A stretch of 64,000 bases of DNA from assembly GCA_030324005.1 (NCBI GenBank), contig JARDVH010000031.1:40349203-40413202 (forward strand), given 5' to 3'. The notes below the pieces were generated by a model. It searched no databases and was not told where the DNA came from. It saw only the letters and a program-made list of their open reading frames with translations. Source of the DNA: Negaprion brevirostris (Eukaryota). Of the stretch, positions 12,946 through 25,235 are shown one piece after another (positions within the stretch are counted from its first letter, which is position 1; each line of letters begins with the position of its first letter). A program made the position numbers and the translations under genes.

Positions 12946-15900
12946 ATTCCTTGCGGATTTCACAAGTACAGCTCGCAAGCGCCATGTTTCCTTTAACGAG
13001 TTCTTTTCTGCAGCTATTTGTTATCGTGTGTATTGTAACGAACGCCTTGACTTACTATATAAACGGAAATGCCGCGACAACATAAGGAGAAACCTCTCCC
13101 AATGCAGTAGATATTCCGCAGTCCAGCAATCAAATCACTGCCATTTGTGTGTGTGCATCTAGACGTTTGTTAGTTCATGGTTCGAATAAGTCAAAGGAGA
13201 GACATTCGAATTTTGGGGGGAAAAAAGCAAGGTCAACAAATGATTAAATGTGGGCTGATCACAATCTCCAATGCCGCCAGTTATGCAGCAGAAATCCACT
13301 TATTTTTCTTATTGCCCTGATTTTCACAGCCCATTCGATATGGCCAGTGAAGAGTAGGAAATAAACCAAGCAGAAGCGTGTTTGTCCATTAAGTACAGCA
13401 AAACTACGGCGACTTCCTTCCTTCAAATGGCGATCAATAATAAAAGCATTTGCTAATTTATTCTAAATGTTATATGGTATATCCTGCACAGGTGAGAGAT
13501 AGAAGGTTAAATATCGGTGTGTATATATAGGCAACTAATTATATGTTGCACTTCCATTCCAATCACAGGGAGCATTGTATTATATTCTTTGTGTATCCAT
13601 TGTGAGTAGAAAGTGGATCTATATCAAATACAAGAACACATGCCACTGGTCACTAAGGCTTGCCTTAACCGGATGAAATAACTCCGGCGCTGGGTTTACA
13701 CATCTAAACCATTTAAATCCGTCGGCACTGTAATTTGTCCCTTTAGTGGCGGTGAGCGGACTCGGCACCTAATACTCAGCCGTGTCCAATTCACGGCGAC
13801 CCCATTCATTGAGAAAAAAATGATGGTTAAAATGTATATTTTCCCCTTAACCGTATGCTTTTCGCTGGTTTAACTCGAGTGAAAGGTTATCTATCACCCG
13901 GTTGCCTCTGGTTTGATGCTTTGATCTGATCTTACGAGGGATAAAAATCAAAAACAGCGTAACCAGATACGTGCCGGTAACTCATTTTTAATTTATGATA
14001 AGAATAAAACTAGTACAGGAGCAGCCTCCAATTGAAGGCATTCTGAATAGAACGTTCGGCCGTGGAAGTTACTCTCAGTGTGAAAGGGGAAAGACTCGGT
14101 CTGGGGTGGATGCTGTTGGAGAGTCAGTGGTGGAAGAATTTTTGCAGAGGTTTAAAAAATACCCAAATGAAGGTTCTTGAAGAACCACATTGAACATTTT
14201 GCAATGATTCCGGGGAGAGTTTTTAATGCATGTTTGGCTTTTTTGATCTCCATTCTTTATTAAAAATCTGTGGAAGCAACGCTGATCTCAAAATACGAAT
14301 TCCATCCAATGCTTCGCTGTTCAGTGCATCATCTTTCAGAGAAAACAGGCGATTCCTAACATCTGATAAGGCTATCAATACGGCCTAGATCTACCCTGAA
14401 TGTGCGGTCATTTTGGTGGCCGCTATCCCGGTGAAGACGCGCATTTGACCGTCCGATTTGCAAATGGGAGCCGATACAGAATTAACTTTTTTTAAAGATG
14501 AGGAACATTTTGCTAACAGAGTGAATGAAACTTTAAATCTGCATGTTTTCTAAAAACGGAACGCAGTGCAAAAATATTGGGGGGGAGGTGAAATCATCTG
14601 GTTGTAAAACTGGGGCAGAGAATTCCCTTCAGATACGAGAAGGCAATTTCCAGAATAAACATTTTTTCCGAGTTGATTTATTCTGTAAAATTATTTATCT
14701 GTTTCGATCAGGCGCCGATTGTAATAGCCAATGTAGTTTGCAAAATATATTTTGCCTTTAAGTAGTACGCTGAGCTTAGAATATATGAAATTGACAACAT
14801 AGATTTGTTTAAACAAAAGTGGAATTTCAGAACTGCTGCCCGCCTTGAACGAGCTAATTGCTGTTTCATATTCTCGGACTATCTGATAAAATGAGAATGT
14901 TTGTCTTTTAGTTATCTAACATATAATTCAATTCGATTGCAAGCCCGAAGCTGTATGGTGCAGCAGAGATGGTTGAAGTTATGGATTCTGGAACCCACTG
15001 GTTAAATGTTATCTTCTGCAAATAAATGCGCGATTTCAATTGTTTATTTAATATTAATATAATGTTTGCTTCGTTTTTCTCTCCCGCTTTTGATTGTTTC
15101 CTGTCTGTTCTTATCAATACTTTTCCTTAATTTAGGCTTATCATGCGCACAAAGGAAGAGACTGGAAATTTTCAATTCCTACGGCTGCGGTTTGCATGCA
15201 GCACCCCCGCGCTGATTCTATTAGAGTTTCGACTTGGCCTAATCGCCGATTAAGGTAAATGTAATGGGAAGCCGGAAGATTCTTCGACAGCTGAAGATTT
15301 TGCTTTCGCTCCCAGCTTTTACGGCAAGGAGGAATAAAATGGAGGCCAGAAATCCGCTGTTTGTCCAGTGATTTGTAGTATTAGAACTTTATTGTCGGTT
15401 TTACGAGATTTGCTGATATACGTGTACAGTAGACCGCAGTTAAACACCAAACACTAACTTTTACAGCGTCGGTTTAGCCACACATGAGCCAGGCATGTGA
15501 TCTGATCAGCCAATGGTCATTCGGAAGACTTTTAACTTGAGGCACAGATAAACTAATATTCTAATCATCGGCTATATCATTAACTTTTATAACTACATAT
15601 AAAGAATTACGCCATCTTCAGGCTTTTGCACCCAAGTAACAGAGCGGCGGTGCGGTATGGGGAGACAAGCACCTTGTGGCCACGGAGCTAAACAAACGCA
15701 AATACACAACATCTGATTTCACTGCGAGGAATGCAACCTCCAAACACTCACAGAAAGCTGGCGAGGTAGTGACCCAGTCACTCCGGCTAACTTTCTCAAT
15801 CCGAGCACAATGAGTTTCTACTCCTGTTGGATCTACTTTTGGAGATATTCGTCGTTAAATGAAACAAGTAGACAATTAAATTTAATCAACATTTATTAAT

Positions 15901-16147
15901 TTAATCACATTCGACCATCATAAAAAGTGACTATTGCCGCGGAATACCTTGCAATTCATTTTTATTTTTATTTTTTTGCTTGTGTTTATAATATGCGTAT
16001 CGGAGATAGGTAATGGTTGAGAATTTCCAGCCGCAATACACCACCAATTATTTCACACGCACAGTAATTAAGACACATCGTAAGTGCACGGTTCTTTTTC
16101 TCTATCATTAATTGTGTTCGCAATACATTCCAAATTATCCAATCTAT

Positions 16148-16168
16148 TAGGCAGTTCATGTTGTTGGG
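16148..16168 (-). promoter_or_regulatory. Near-perfect miR-196 target site in the HoxD8 3'UTR
   Basis: mRNA sense CCCAACAACAUGAACUGCCUA against miR-196a UAGGUAGUUUCAUGUUGUUGGG: one G:U pair at miRNA nt 5 and one unpaired U. About 400 nt after the stop codon. Confidence 0.88.
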
Positions 16169-16566
16169 TATAATCACAAAAATGCGAAATAAAATCAGCA
16201 AACTAAATCAATCACCATATCATTTCATATTTTCGTCTTATTAAAAAGCAATAAAATCTTTATTCCAAATGGCTATTTCTTTTGAGTTTTTTTTCCGCTT
16301 TCCACTTTTAAAGGGAGCGGCAATAGGAGGGCTGATCTGTCAAGGTGTGATGGGTGGGGTGGGGGAATGTTAAAATTCTGCACACAGGATTCATTAGAAA
16401 TAATGTCGAATTAAGGCTCTAAAGAACTTCGATAACAATAAACAGGTGAATTGTTTACATCGAGCCAACCATGGCTGTGTTGTAGGATTCAATCCCCTCA
16501 ACACGTTTAACAGTGGAATTAGCACAAACTGAATGACGTTTCGCTTGGAGGCCAAAGGGGGTAAAG

Positions 16567-16862
16567 TTACTTGGTCTGTTTTTCTGTTGTCTCCTGCTCG
16601 GGGTCTTCCTGTTCTTTCTTCACCTCTTCCTCCTCCTCGTCGTTCCGGGAGGTGGGAAATTTGTCCTTATTGTTTTCCTTTTTCCACTTCATCCTTCTGT
16701 TCTGAAACCAAATCTTCACCTGCCTCTCAGTCAGTCCTAGGGCATGTGAAACCTCGATCCTTCGCTTCCGAGTCAGATACGGATTGAAGAGGAATTCCTT
16801 TTCCAACTCCAGGGTTTGGAAACGGCTGTAAGTTTGTCTCCCTCTGCGTCTCCCGGGCGCTG
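16567..16862 (-). CDS. HOXD8: Hox-D8, coding exon 2 (homeodomain)
   Basis: Acceptor ttctttag|CAG. Reads [70 protein letters not shown] (PG8 signature). Spliced protein 240 aa. Confidence 0.94.
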
Positions 16863-17092
16863 CTAAAGAACACGAGAATCACAGAAAGACAATCAGTACG
16901 GGGGGAATCAAATGCACACAACCAAAGAGCGACACACATAGGAACAAATCTTTGCTTTGAACGGCCATGCCATACAAAGAAAGTGCTCCTATAAAAGCCG
17001 ACAAGACTATTATAGACCGCATTAAAACACCTTGGCGATTTAACTGAGCAGCAGTAAAACGTGAGATGGAAGCTAATTCTAATATATCCAAC

Positions 17093-17519
17093 CTTGAGGT
17101 CTCATCCAGGGAAACATTTGAGTAGGAGACGAGTTCTGATTTAAGTGTTCTGGTTCTTCGCCAATATTACTGCTGGACGATTTACAGTCAGGATATTGTA
17201 CCAGATCGGCCTCTTGCTGTGTCGTAAAAATTTGCTGTCTTTGTAAGTTATCGTATCCGTAAAATTTAGAGGGGTCACCGTGACACGTAATTCCACAAGG
17301 ATTCTGCTGAAAGCCAGCGTTAGGAAGTGCAGATGTCCCATGGTGGTAAAAATCTTGAACTTGAGCTGGGTGCTGGAAGCCTGCGCCGGTGCTGGGACCA
17401 TAGACGACAGTGTGTCTACTGGTCACGTCCTGTGGAAACCGGCAGTCGTAGTAAGTGGGACTGAGAGCTTCTCCGGGCTTGTACTTGGAGTAGAATGGAT
17501 TCACAAAATATGAACTCAT
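17093..17519 (-). CDS. HOXD8: Homeobox protein Hox-D8, coding exon 1
   Basis: ATG at 17519, [14 protein letters not shown]...QMFPWMRPQ. Donor G|GTTGGA; 427 nt, phase 1. The track start at 17543 is a TTG. Confidence 0.94.
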
Positions 17520-18192
17520 CTGTGCAGACTCTGGAATGGCCAATGAATATCAACAAAATCACTGCTAAACAGCACAGGAGGAATGTTATTTTGGGTCCCC
17601 CGGTTTACAGTGTGCTCATGATGGCAATGCAGGTCCTGTATGCACTGATGCCCCTGTGGAACATACTCGCTAATACTGTAGGTACACAACTGCCTCACCG
17701 CTCTGGCTGCTTCGCTTTCAGAAACCGCAGCTCAGTAGTCAGACAGCTGGGAAGGTCGTTGTCTGCCGTTTACAGTTACCGCTTTCGCGGGCAACACGTC
17801 TCTGCTGGAAAATGATTTTTTTTGGGGGGNNNNNNCCAAAAAAATGTAGAGGGCACACAGATCGGGAAAAAAAGATAACATGCGGATTAATATATTCAGC
17901 ACACTCTCATTACAATTAGGCGGGCCGCATCACAGAAAACATGAAATACGTGCGCCACTCAACTGAAGAGAAATGAAGCTGGCCCGGTTACAGCACAGCA
18001 ATTAGATTTTAGAACACAACAAGGTGAGATTGGTTTCAAGGTCAAGACGTAGTCAAAAATGAGGAGAATAAGCCAGAGGACTAAAAGGCTAAGGTTAGAA
18101 TGAAGATTAGGGATTATTTTTTATTGGGTCTTTCTGTAAATCTTGTTGAATCTGCGTGGCTCTGTCAATCTGTCTGTCTTCAGCTTATATTT

Positions 18193-18232
18193 ACACACAC
18201 ACTCATACACACACACACACATATATATATAT
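18193..18232. repeat. Short (CA)n/(TA)n microsatellite
   Basis: acacacacactcatacacacacacacacatatatatatat. Confidence 0.75.
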
Positions 18233-20670
18233 TCCCAACCCCATGCTTAAGTATAGCTGACGCATAGATATTTCTGTAAGTTATATGTAAACTGTTATCA
18301 ATCAACAATAATTCTTTTTGGTGGGTTTAAGTGGGCGGCTGATAAACAGAAGTGGAAGCTTATTTTTTTTAATGCACCAGGCAACATTAAGATAGTAAAT
18401 ATGAAATATTTCTTCTACAAATAACGCGAAAAATAGTTACCCTTGGCTGAGATTGAAAACAAAGTAGGTTCGCTTGACTGAAACTTGGAGGTTAATTGTG
18501 AGTTAATGAAAATCATGCTTGTGAATACATTTTCCATCATTTCAACTCTGGCACACGTCATTGCCCAGAAAAGCAGCTCGGGTCTCCAGGCAAACACAAA
18601 GTTGCAGATTGAGGTTAGAAATTTCACCAAGGACTTCAGCATCGGGAGGAACAGCAAGCCTGAGATGATAGGCATGCATGTCCCCCAGTTGCTTAGCTTT
18701 TGTCGCAGATAAACTGAATCGCTGGTGGATAAAATGAATCCCAATTTATTTGCTTCCAGCGGTTGAGTTTAAAGTTTAAACGAAAAGAGTCCTTGATCTG
18801 TTAAACTTGTATCCACCGGTGAACTTTGTCCCTCACGCTTCGGTAGTTGCCTCAGCTCTACAGCGTGCTTCAGGGAAATAAAGTCAGAAATGTCTTCACT
18901 CGCTGCTTCCACTCCACCCCAATGGGCGCATTTCAAATTAGTCCAAAATGTGCTGCAGACTGCGACGTTCCTTTTCAGTAACTTTTCATTTATTTGCACG
19001 AAAGAAAATCAGTCAGCTAAAAAGTCACAATTAAAAGAGGTTATTATTGTTTAATTATAAAAGTGTTGGTGAATTTTTACCTTGAAATAGAACTAATAGC
19101 TGATGATGGCTGCATGATAGAATCGAGGCTGTAATCGCATTCAGCGCTAAAATTTCCAGCAAACCACACTTTTGCACAACGAGGACAATTTCCATCAATC
19201 AGTATTGTGATTAATAGACGGCATTGTAACATTGTTATGTACATATTTACGTAGCCAATTCACTATTGAGTTTAACTCAATTTCACCAAAATAGTTCGTT
19301 TAAGGAGAAATGGTAACGGCTAGAATCTCTCTCCTTCTGCTGCCTCCTTTTATATATATATATAAAGCATTCGTATCAATTACTTATTTTAAAAACCTGG
19401 CCCATCCGATTTATTATTTATCTGCTTGATTTTATTCTCTGCGCTTTGCTTTCTGAAGCCATCACTAAACCTCTTCTCATCGAAGGGAAACGGCGCCAGA
19501 AACCCGAAAGAACAACTTAACACTTCTCGGGGTTTATTGGCAGATTCCTCAATGATCGGCGGCAAATAAATGTATGGTATTTATTGCAACAAGGAGTGCG
19601 GGATACGTGACTAATATAAAACAGGGAAGTATCTCTTTAAAAGAAACGGCAGACGGGGTTTATTTTTGCCGAATTCTTGGGAACAGTTTTATAAAATTAA
19701 AATTGAGCTTCGAACGCCATTCTGTAGATGTAATTTNNNNNNNNNNAGCTAATTTATTCCGGGGCATGGCGATGCAGCTAGCATGTGAGAAGTCAAATCA
19801 ATGGGCAATTTAGTTTATTTTCCTTTTCGATCTGTAACTGCCCTCAAACGCGTGAAAGATGTTTCAGAAATGATTGGAAACTATTACAACATGACCCGAA
19901 AAAAGTATTTTAAAGGGAGATTGTAAAATTGACCGCCAATGAGATTTTGTTTAAATTGGAGACATGACTCTGATTATTGCTTTAGGGGCTGACGCGCACA
20001 ATGAAATAAACAAATGTTTACGCCTGTTAAAGTCGATAGTTGCAGTTTGAAAAGATTCGCTCTGCGTATTTCCATTTGTCTTAATTCTGCTACACATTGT
20101 GACATTTTAGTTTTCACCCCAGAATAGTGATTTTTTGAGAAAATAAAAAAAAGTAATCCTTATTCTCGAAATCCACTGCGAATCATCTGACCCTGACTTA
20201 ATGTACAAATTAACCATTCTACAAAGATCGTATTTTACAGTTTCACCGAAGGAACATCATTCGAACAAAGAATGCAGACAAAAATTGTGGCTTTTGTCAC
20301 AATTTAAGTTGCAACTCGTGTAAATTCTTATGAACAATTCTTCATTCTGTTCTCACAAAACTTTCACGATCAGAAGTCTTTACTATGCAACTATTTAATG
20401 GTAAATTTCCAAAACAAGTCATGTGGAACTTCTAACCTTTAAGCGAGCACATGGTCAGCTGTCTTTGATTTTGAACGTTTTTTGGGGGGTATTTGCAATT
20501 CCAATATTAATCTTGAATTTTTATATTTCTCCAAAAACACGTTACAGATATTACTGTTTCTCATGTTTGCTACATTTAAATGCACTATGAAAAACATTAT
20601 TTTCCTTTTAACCGATTTAAAATATATCTGTTGTCATTTGCAGGTCACTCAAATTGCTATAGTGGAGCGA

Positions 20671-20686
20671 CAGCACCGCCTAGTGG
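20671..20686 (-). promoter_or_regulatory. CTCF motif between HoxD8 and HoxD9
   Basis: The minus strand reads CCACTAGGCGGTGCTG. Confidence 0.6.
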
Positions 20687-23600
20687 ATAATGGAATGAAC
20701 TGCGACTGGTGGAACGGGGCTACTTTGATTTTTGTGCGGGAATCATTTAAGAATCAGTTAATATACTTGTAAGATACATGACATAAAAGGTCCATTAGCT
20801 CTCAGTAAATGTTTTTAAAAATTGCTTTATGTAAAAATGATTCAGAATTATCAGTGCACTTTGCCTGATTAGCCTTGCACAACTTTAAATTGGCAATCAG
20901 CATTCTCCAGTGAAAGCACAGCGGTTCAAAAAGTTAAGACTTTTTGAAACTTTACGCACTTAGTATTTGAAAGGAAGCAGTCGCCTAACTCTATGTCATT
21001 TCTCTTACGACTCCTTAAAACAAATATAAATTAAATTAGCTGATTGCATATATATGTTATGTATCATTAAAGATCCAATAATTTGAATAAAAGCGGGGGT
21101 GGGGGGGGCATGGGTGACTGCACGTGCATACAGAGACAAAGAGAGTAGCAGAAATACAGATTATTAGCGACTATTCAATATGTGGAAAGATTTAAATATG
21201 TTTTCTATAGGTTGAGAACAGTATTTCCTGTCTGCTGTTTCTACATTTTAAAGATTTATGGATACATTTGTTTGCACACGTAAGCGAGATGAGAAACATT
21301 TGTTTGGAAAGACAAAATTAAATACATCCATAAAACGGATGCTGTGTTCAATTTAGTTTCCAGCAGCAAGCCTGTGATACATATTCGCCTATCCACCGTT
21401 TGCATCTTGCGTGATAAAATATTTTGAACGTAAGTATTATTTCTTTAGAGCTCTGTTTTACTTTCTATCGCATGACTCATCAGTTAATGAAGCAACCCTG
21501 TAGATTTCCGCGTTATTGTTATTTAATTGGGCACGCGGATTAATATTACATGTAATTTTTTCGTACAGCCAAATGTATTTCATTTCATTGCACTTCTTGC
21601 ATGTATGTTTGGGAATAGGTACGATTGTCCAGACTCAAATGACAAAGCGGAATTAATTGTCTTCGTTCCTTTAACTAGCGTCTGAGTTTTTGTTTGTCGT
21701 CAACAGACAAAACATCTGAATTGGCTGATTTCAAAGAAGTCTGTAATTACATGAAAAAAACTATAAAGTCATTAAGGTCAGGCGTCTAGCCAGTAGTAGG
21801 GGTTTATTGTACCCGTCCCTTCCGGTTCTGAAGTACTGTATGTGGAATGGTGGCAATAGATGGCGTTGCAATTCAACACCTCCTGAGCAGTAAAGTTTTC
21901 AGAGGATCCTCCAAAAAGAATGAAGTTCTAGTTTTATGAGGGCGCGCAATTGTTTTCAGCTTGAAATAGTGACGTGAAGTAAAATTAACCTGTCTGTGTT
22001 CAGCACCCATTTATGTATCCAGTTGTAATAAATCCCTGCCCAGTGGCTTGCCAATAATGTGTACTTTGCTGTTTATTTTCGTACCTTTAACTAATATACC
22101 CAGTGTATTTGCAACTATGAATCATTCCAGCGTGCTCCGCGTCGGATACCCGCGATAATAATAAATAACATTGTTCAACCAACAAGAGAAACTATAAAAC
22201 GTCTCTGTGCACAGGAGGCTGAGGGGAACTTCCTTCCAATAGATATCCAGTCAAATTGCAAGCAAATAAGCAAATGTATTAATAAAGGCACGATTTTGTT
22301 TTAAAAGATGCCTTGATCCACATTATCTATAAAATACATGTGTGCCAGCACGTGCTTAGTAGATAATTGCTAATTGCTGCAATCGAGAAAAGTCCAAGAT
22401 TTCAGAATCGTTTTCATAATTTACACAGCCAGCGATCATTTCCCACCAGGGGAGGTCAATGTTAGAATGCTGATCAGCTCACTTGAACGAAATCCACTTT
22501 GAACCATCGTGGTATTAACATCCAATTCAACAATACCGTTCAAGATAGAAATGGAGGAAATTTAAGGCCTGCTAAAGTACCATATTTCTCTGCAGTCCCT
22601 CCTAAAATGGCTAACAGTTCACAGTCAGAGTTAATCGTAAATCATAAATGACTTTTCAAGCAGTCAGCAGATCTGAAATGTTTATAAATTTTATTGTTAT
22701 CGTAACGAGGAAACGTGAGGTACAAAACCAACGGACTAGAGTGGAATTTTCTGCTTAGCCGTTTGATTTCTGTAACACAGCGTGTTTTTTTTTAATTATC
22801 ACAACTATGGCAGCTATTAAATAGTGCAGAGGACCTGGGAGTAAGTCCAAAACTACTGTGATCTTGTATTTGCTCACATCTTCCTTGTATTAATTACATT
22901 GGATTTGACTTACGTAATGATCCAGATAACGGCATCTTTATGACAGTATTGAAATGGACACAATAAACACTAAAGAAGGTCATATTCACTTGCCACTAAA
23001 ATAAGCTTGCTTCAGATTGTCCCAAACGCACAAGAAAGATGTTCACGGATGTTGGAAAAGTAACAAAGTTTTGAACATCTTTCTATTTATCTGTGTCCCT
23101 TCCTTAAGGTGCCTATCGCTTAATGACACGTTCAGGTTATTCCAGAAATGTGCTTTCTCGCCGTGACTATGACGCTCTGCTAATTTCACATGGAATATTT
23201 TAAATAAATAGTACATTGGCATGACGCCCTTTATCAGCACAGTGATAGTGCCATTGCACTTGTAAATAACTGCATAATGTACAGACACTGGCGCTTTTAT
23301 TACATTTCACCCAGTAACCAGCAGACAAACTGAATAGAAGGACAAAAGGGTATGTATTTCTCTATATTTCTATCTGAATGATACACTAACAGTACAGCGG
23401 AAACACAACAATTTACAGGTTGCACAACTAAAGAGACTGTTGAAGTATGCGTGCTTTATTCATGTACAAAACAAATATATTCTACTGATGGTGTCAACGT
23501 TTTATCGCAATACAGCCAATGTGCTGACATTAGTTTAAATTCCGTTTAATGTAACCAAGTAGCAGCAAATCAGGGAGTCTCTACACAAATGTAAGTTGTT

Positions 23601-23739
23601 TATACACAGGATTGCTCCGGAGCAGGACAACACTGGGAAACATAGACCGTGCTTTGAGTAGGCACCACTAGATAGACAAAACACTTTGTACACAGTCTGT
23701 TGGATTTCCAGATCTATCGCTTAAAGTACGGGTGACCAC

Positions 23740-23981
23740 TTAAGGCTCTTCGTTATTTTTCACTTTGTTCATCTTTTTCATTTTCATTCTTCTGTTCTGA
23801 AACCAAATCTTTACCTGTCTCTCGGTAAGATTTAAAATTCTAGCAACTTCATAACGCCGGTCTCTGGTGAGATACATATTAAATAAAAACTCCTTTTCTA
23901 ATTCAAGCGTCTGGTACTTGGTATAAGGGCAACGTTTCTTCCTGGTAGAGCGAGCGTGGATCCAGTTTATAGCTGGGTGAT
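23740..23981 (-). CDS. HOXD9: Hox-D9, coding exon 2 (homeodomain)
   Basis: Acceptor ccttctag|AT. Reads [73 protein letters not shown]. Spliced protein 265 aa. Confidence 0.95.
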
Positions 23982-24540
23982 CTAGAAGGAATTGGGGGGG
24001 GGGGGGTAAAAAAAAACAAGAATTAAAATCTGAACATGTCCTGGATATCTTCCGCTGGATTTCAAACATCTTCGAGAATTTCCACAATCATAACAATATG
24101 AATCAAAGTTGCAGTTCTCTTTCCCCACTGGGTACTTGTCAAGTTCAGGGAGGTTTCATATGTTAAGGAGCTGAGAGAGCGATTGATTTCAGTTTGTTTC
24201 GAGTTGTTTTGAAATTGGTTGTTACAAAATTGGGAGAAAAATAGAATGGAAAAATTGCAGATGAAAATGTTTAAATTAGATAAAAGTTATTTCACCTCCG
24301 ACTTTCCGATGCTGCTACACGATGCAACAAGAAGGAATACATCAACGTTTTACAGTCTTGTCAGACATACATTTGTGTGTAAAAATTCCCTGCAAACAAT
24401 ATAAACTCTTTACTGCTGCCTGTGCGTTTTCAGACTTGGGGAGGCGTCTAGACATCTTTATAGGTTTGTAAAACCATCAGCTTTGCACACTCGGGTCTAC
24501 AGGTTCGGGTTGTAAATCAAGCTGCAATTTTTGCACTTAC

Positions 24541-25096
24541 TTGGGTCAAGTTGCTGTTGTTTCTCCTCCTTGTGCTCACTGTTGCTCGCCGTTTCGGAGC
24601 TGCTGCAGCCAATCTCCTTGGGAACCTTTTCCCTACACTCTGGGTAGGAGCCGCACGTAAATTCTGGCAGGCTGAGGGTTTGCAGCTCAAAGGAAGAACA
24701 CTCAGTCCTCTTGGCTGATAAAGTTTCTGGCTTGATCCCGTAATGTCGGCCGTTTGGATGGAATCCGGGGAAAGGGACTGAGCTGGAAAGTGGTTCTAAC
24801 CAGGAGCGCACGTATCTGCTGTCCCCAGCCGCAAGATGCGACTGATGCATGTACGGGTGATAGATTCCTGCAACGGCGGCAGAGGGCTGAGGATGGACGG
24901 GAGACCAGGGATTGGAAAATGCGGCTGACTTGGGGGTAAAACTGCAGGAAGAGAAATCTGAACTGTCTGCTACACCTGGCGGCCTTGAAGCTGTGCTGTG
25001 TGATCCTTGAGCATATCTGGCCGCGTATAAGTCCTCTGTCTCCTGACCTATCAAAGAATCAACATAATAGTTCTGTATAGTGCCACCGGTCGACAT
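24541..25096 (-). CDS. HOXD9: Homeobox protein Hox-D9, coding exon 1
   Basis: MSTGGTIQNYYVDSLIG...RYVRSWLEP...QQQLDP. Donor A|GTAAGT at 24540; 556 nt. An in-frame upstream ATG lies at 25117. Confidence 0.94.
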
Positions 25097-25204
25097 TTTA
25101 GGTTCTCTCGCTTTCATAGAAAAGGTTACACTGGAACGTGTATCTGATACCTTCACTCAGAACAATCATAGTATTTTGCCGACTACAGTTGCAGCTATTG
25201 GTTG

Positions 25205-25235
25205 CGGGTCTCACGTGATTGTATTTACCAATACA
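25205..25235 (-). promoter_or_regulatory. HoxD9 CCAAT + E-box promoter module
   Basis: CACGTG 25212-25217, N10, CCAAT 25228-25232, about 120 bp upstream of the ATG. Confidence 0.7.

Noticed and set aside
14030-14180. Possible decayed LINE fragment
   Set aside because: Resemblance is too vague to call by eye.
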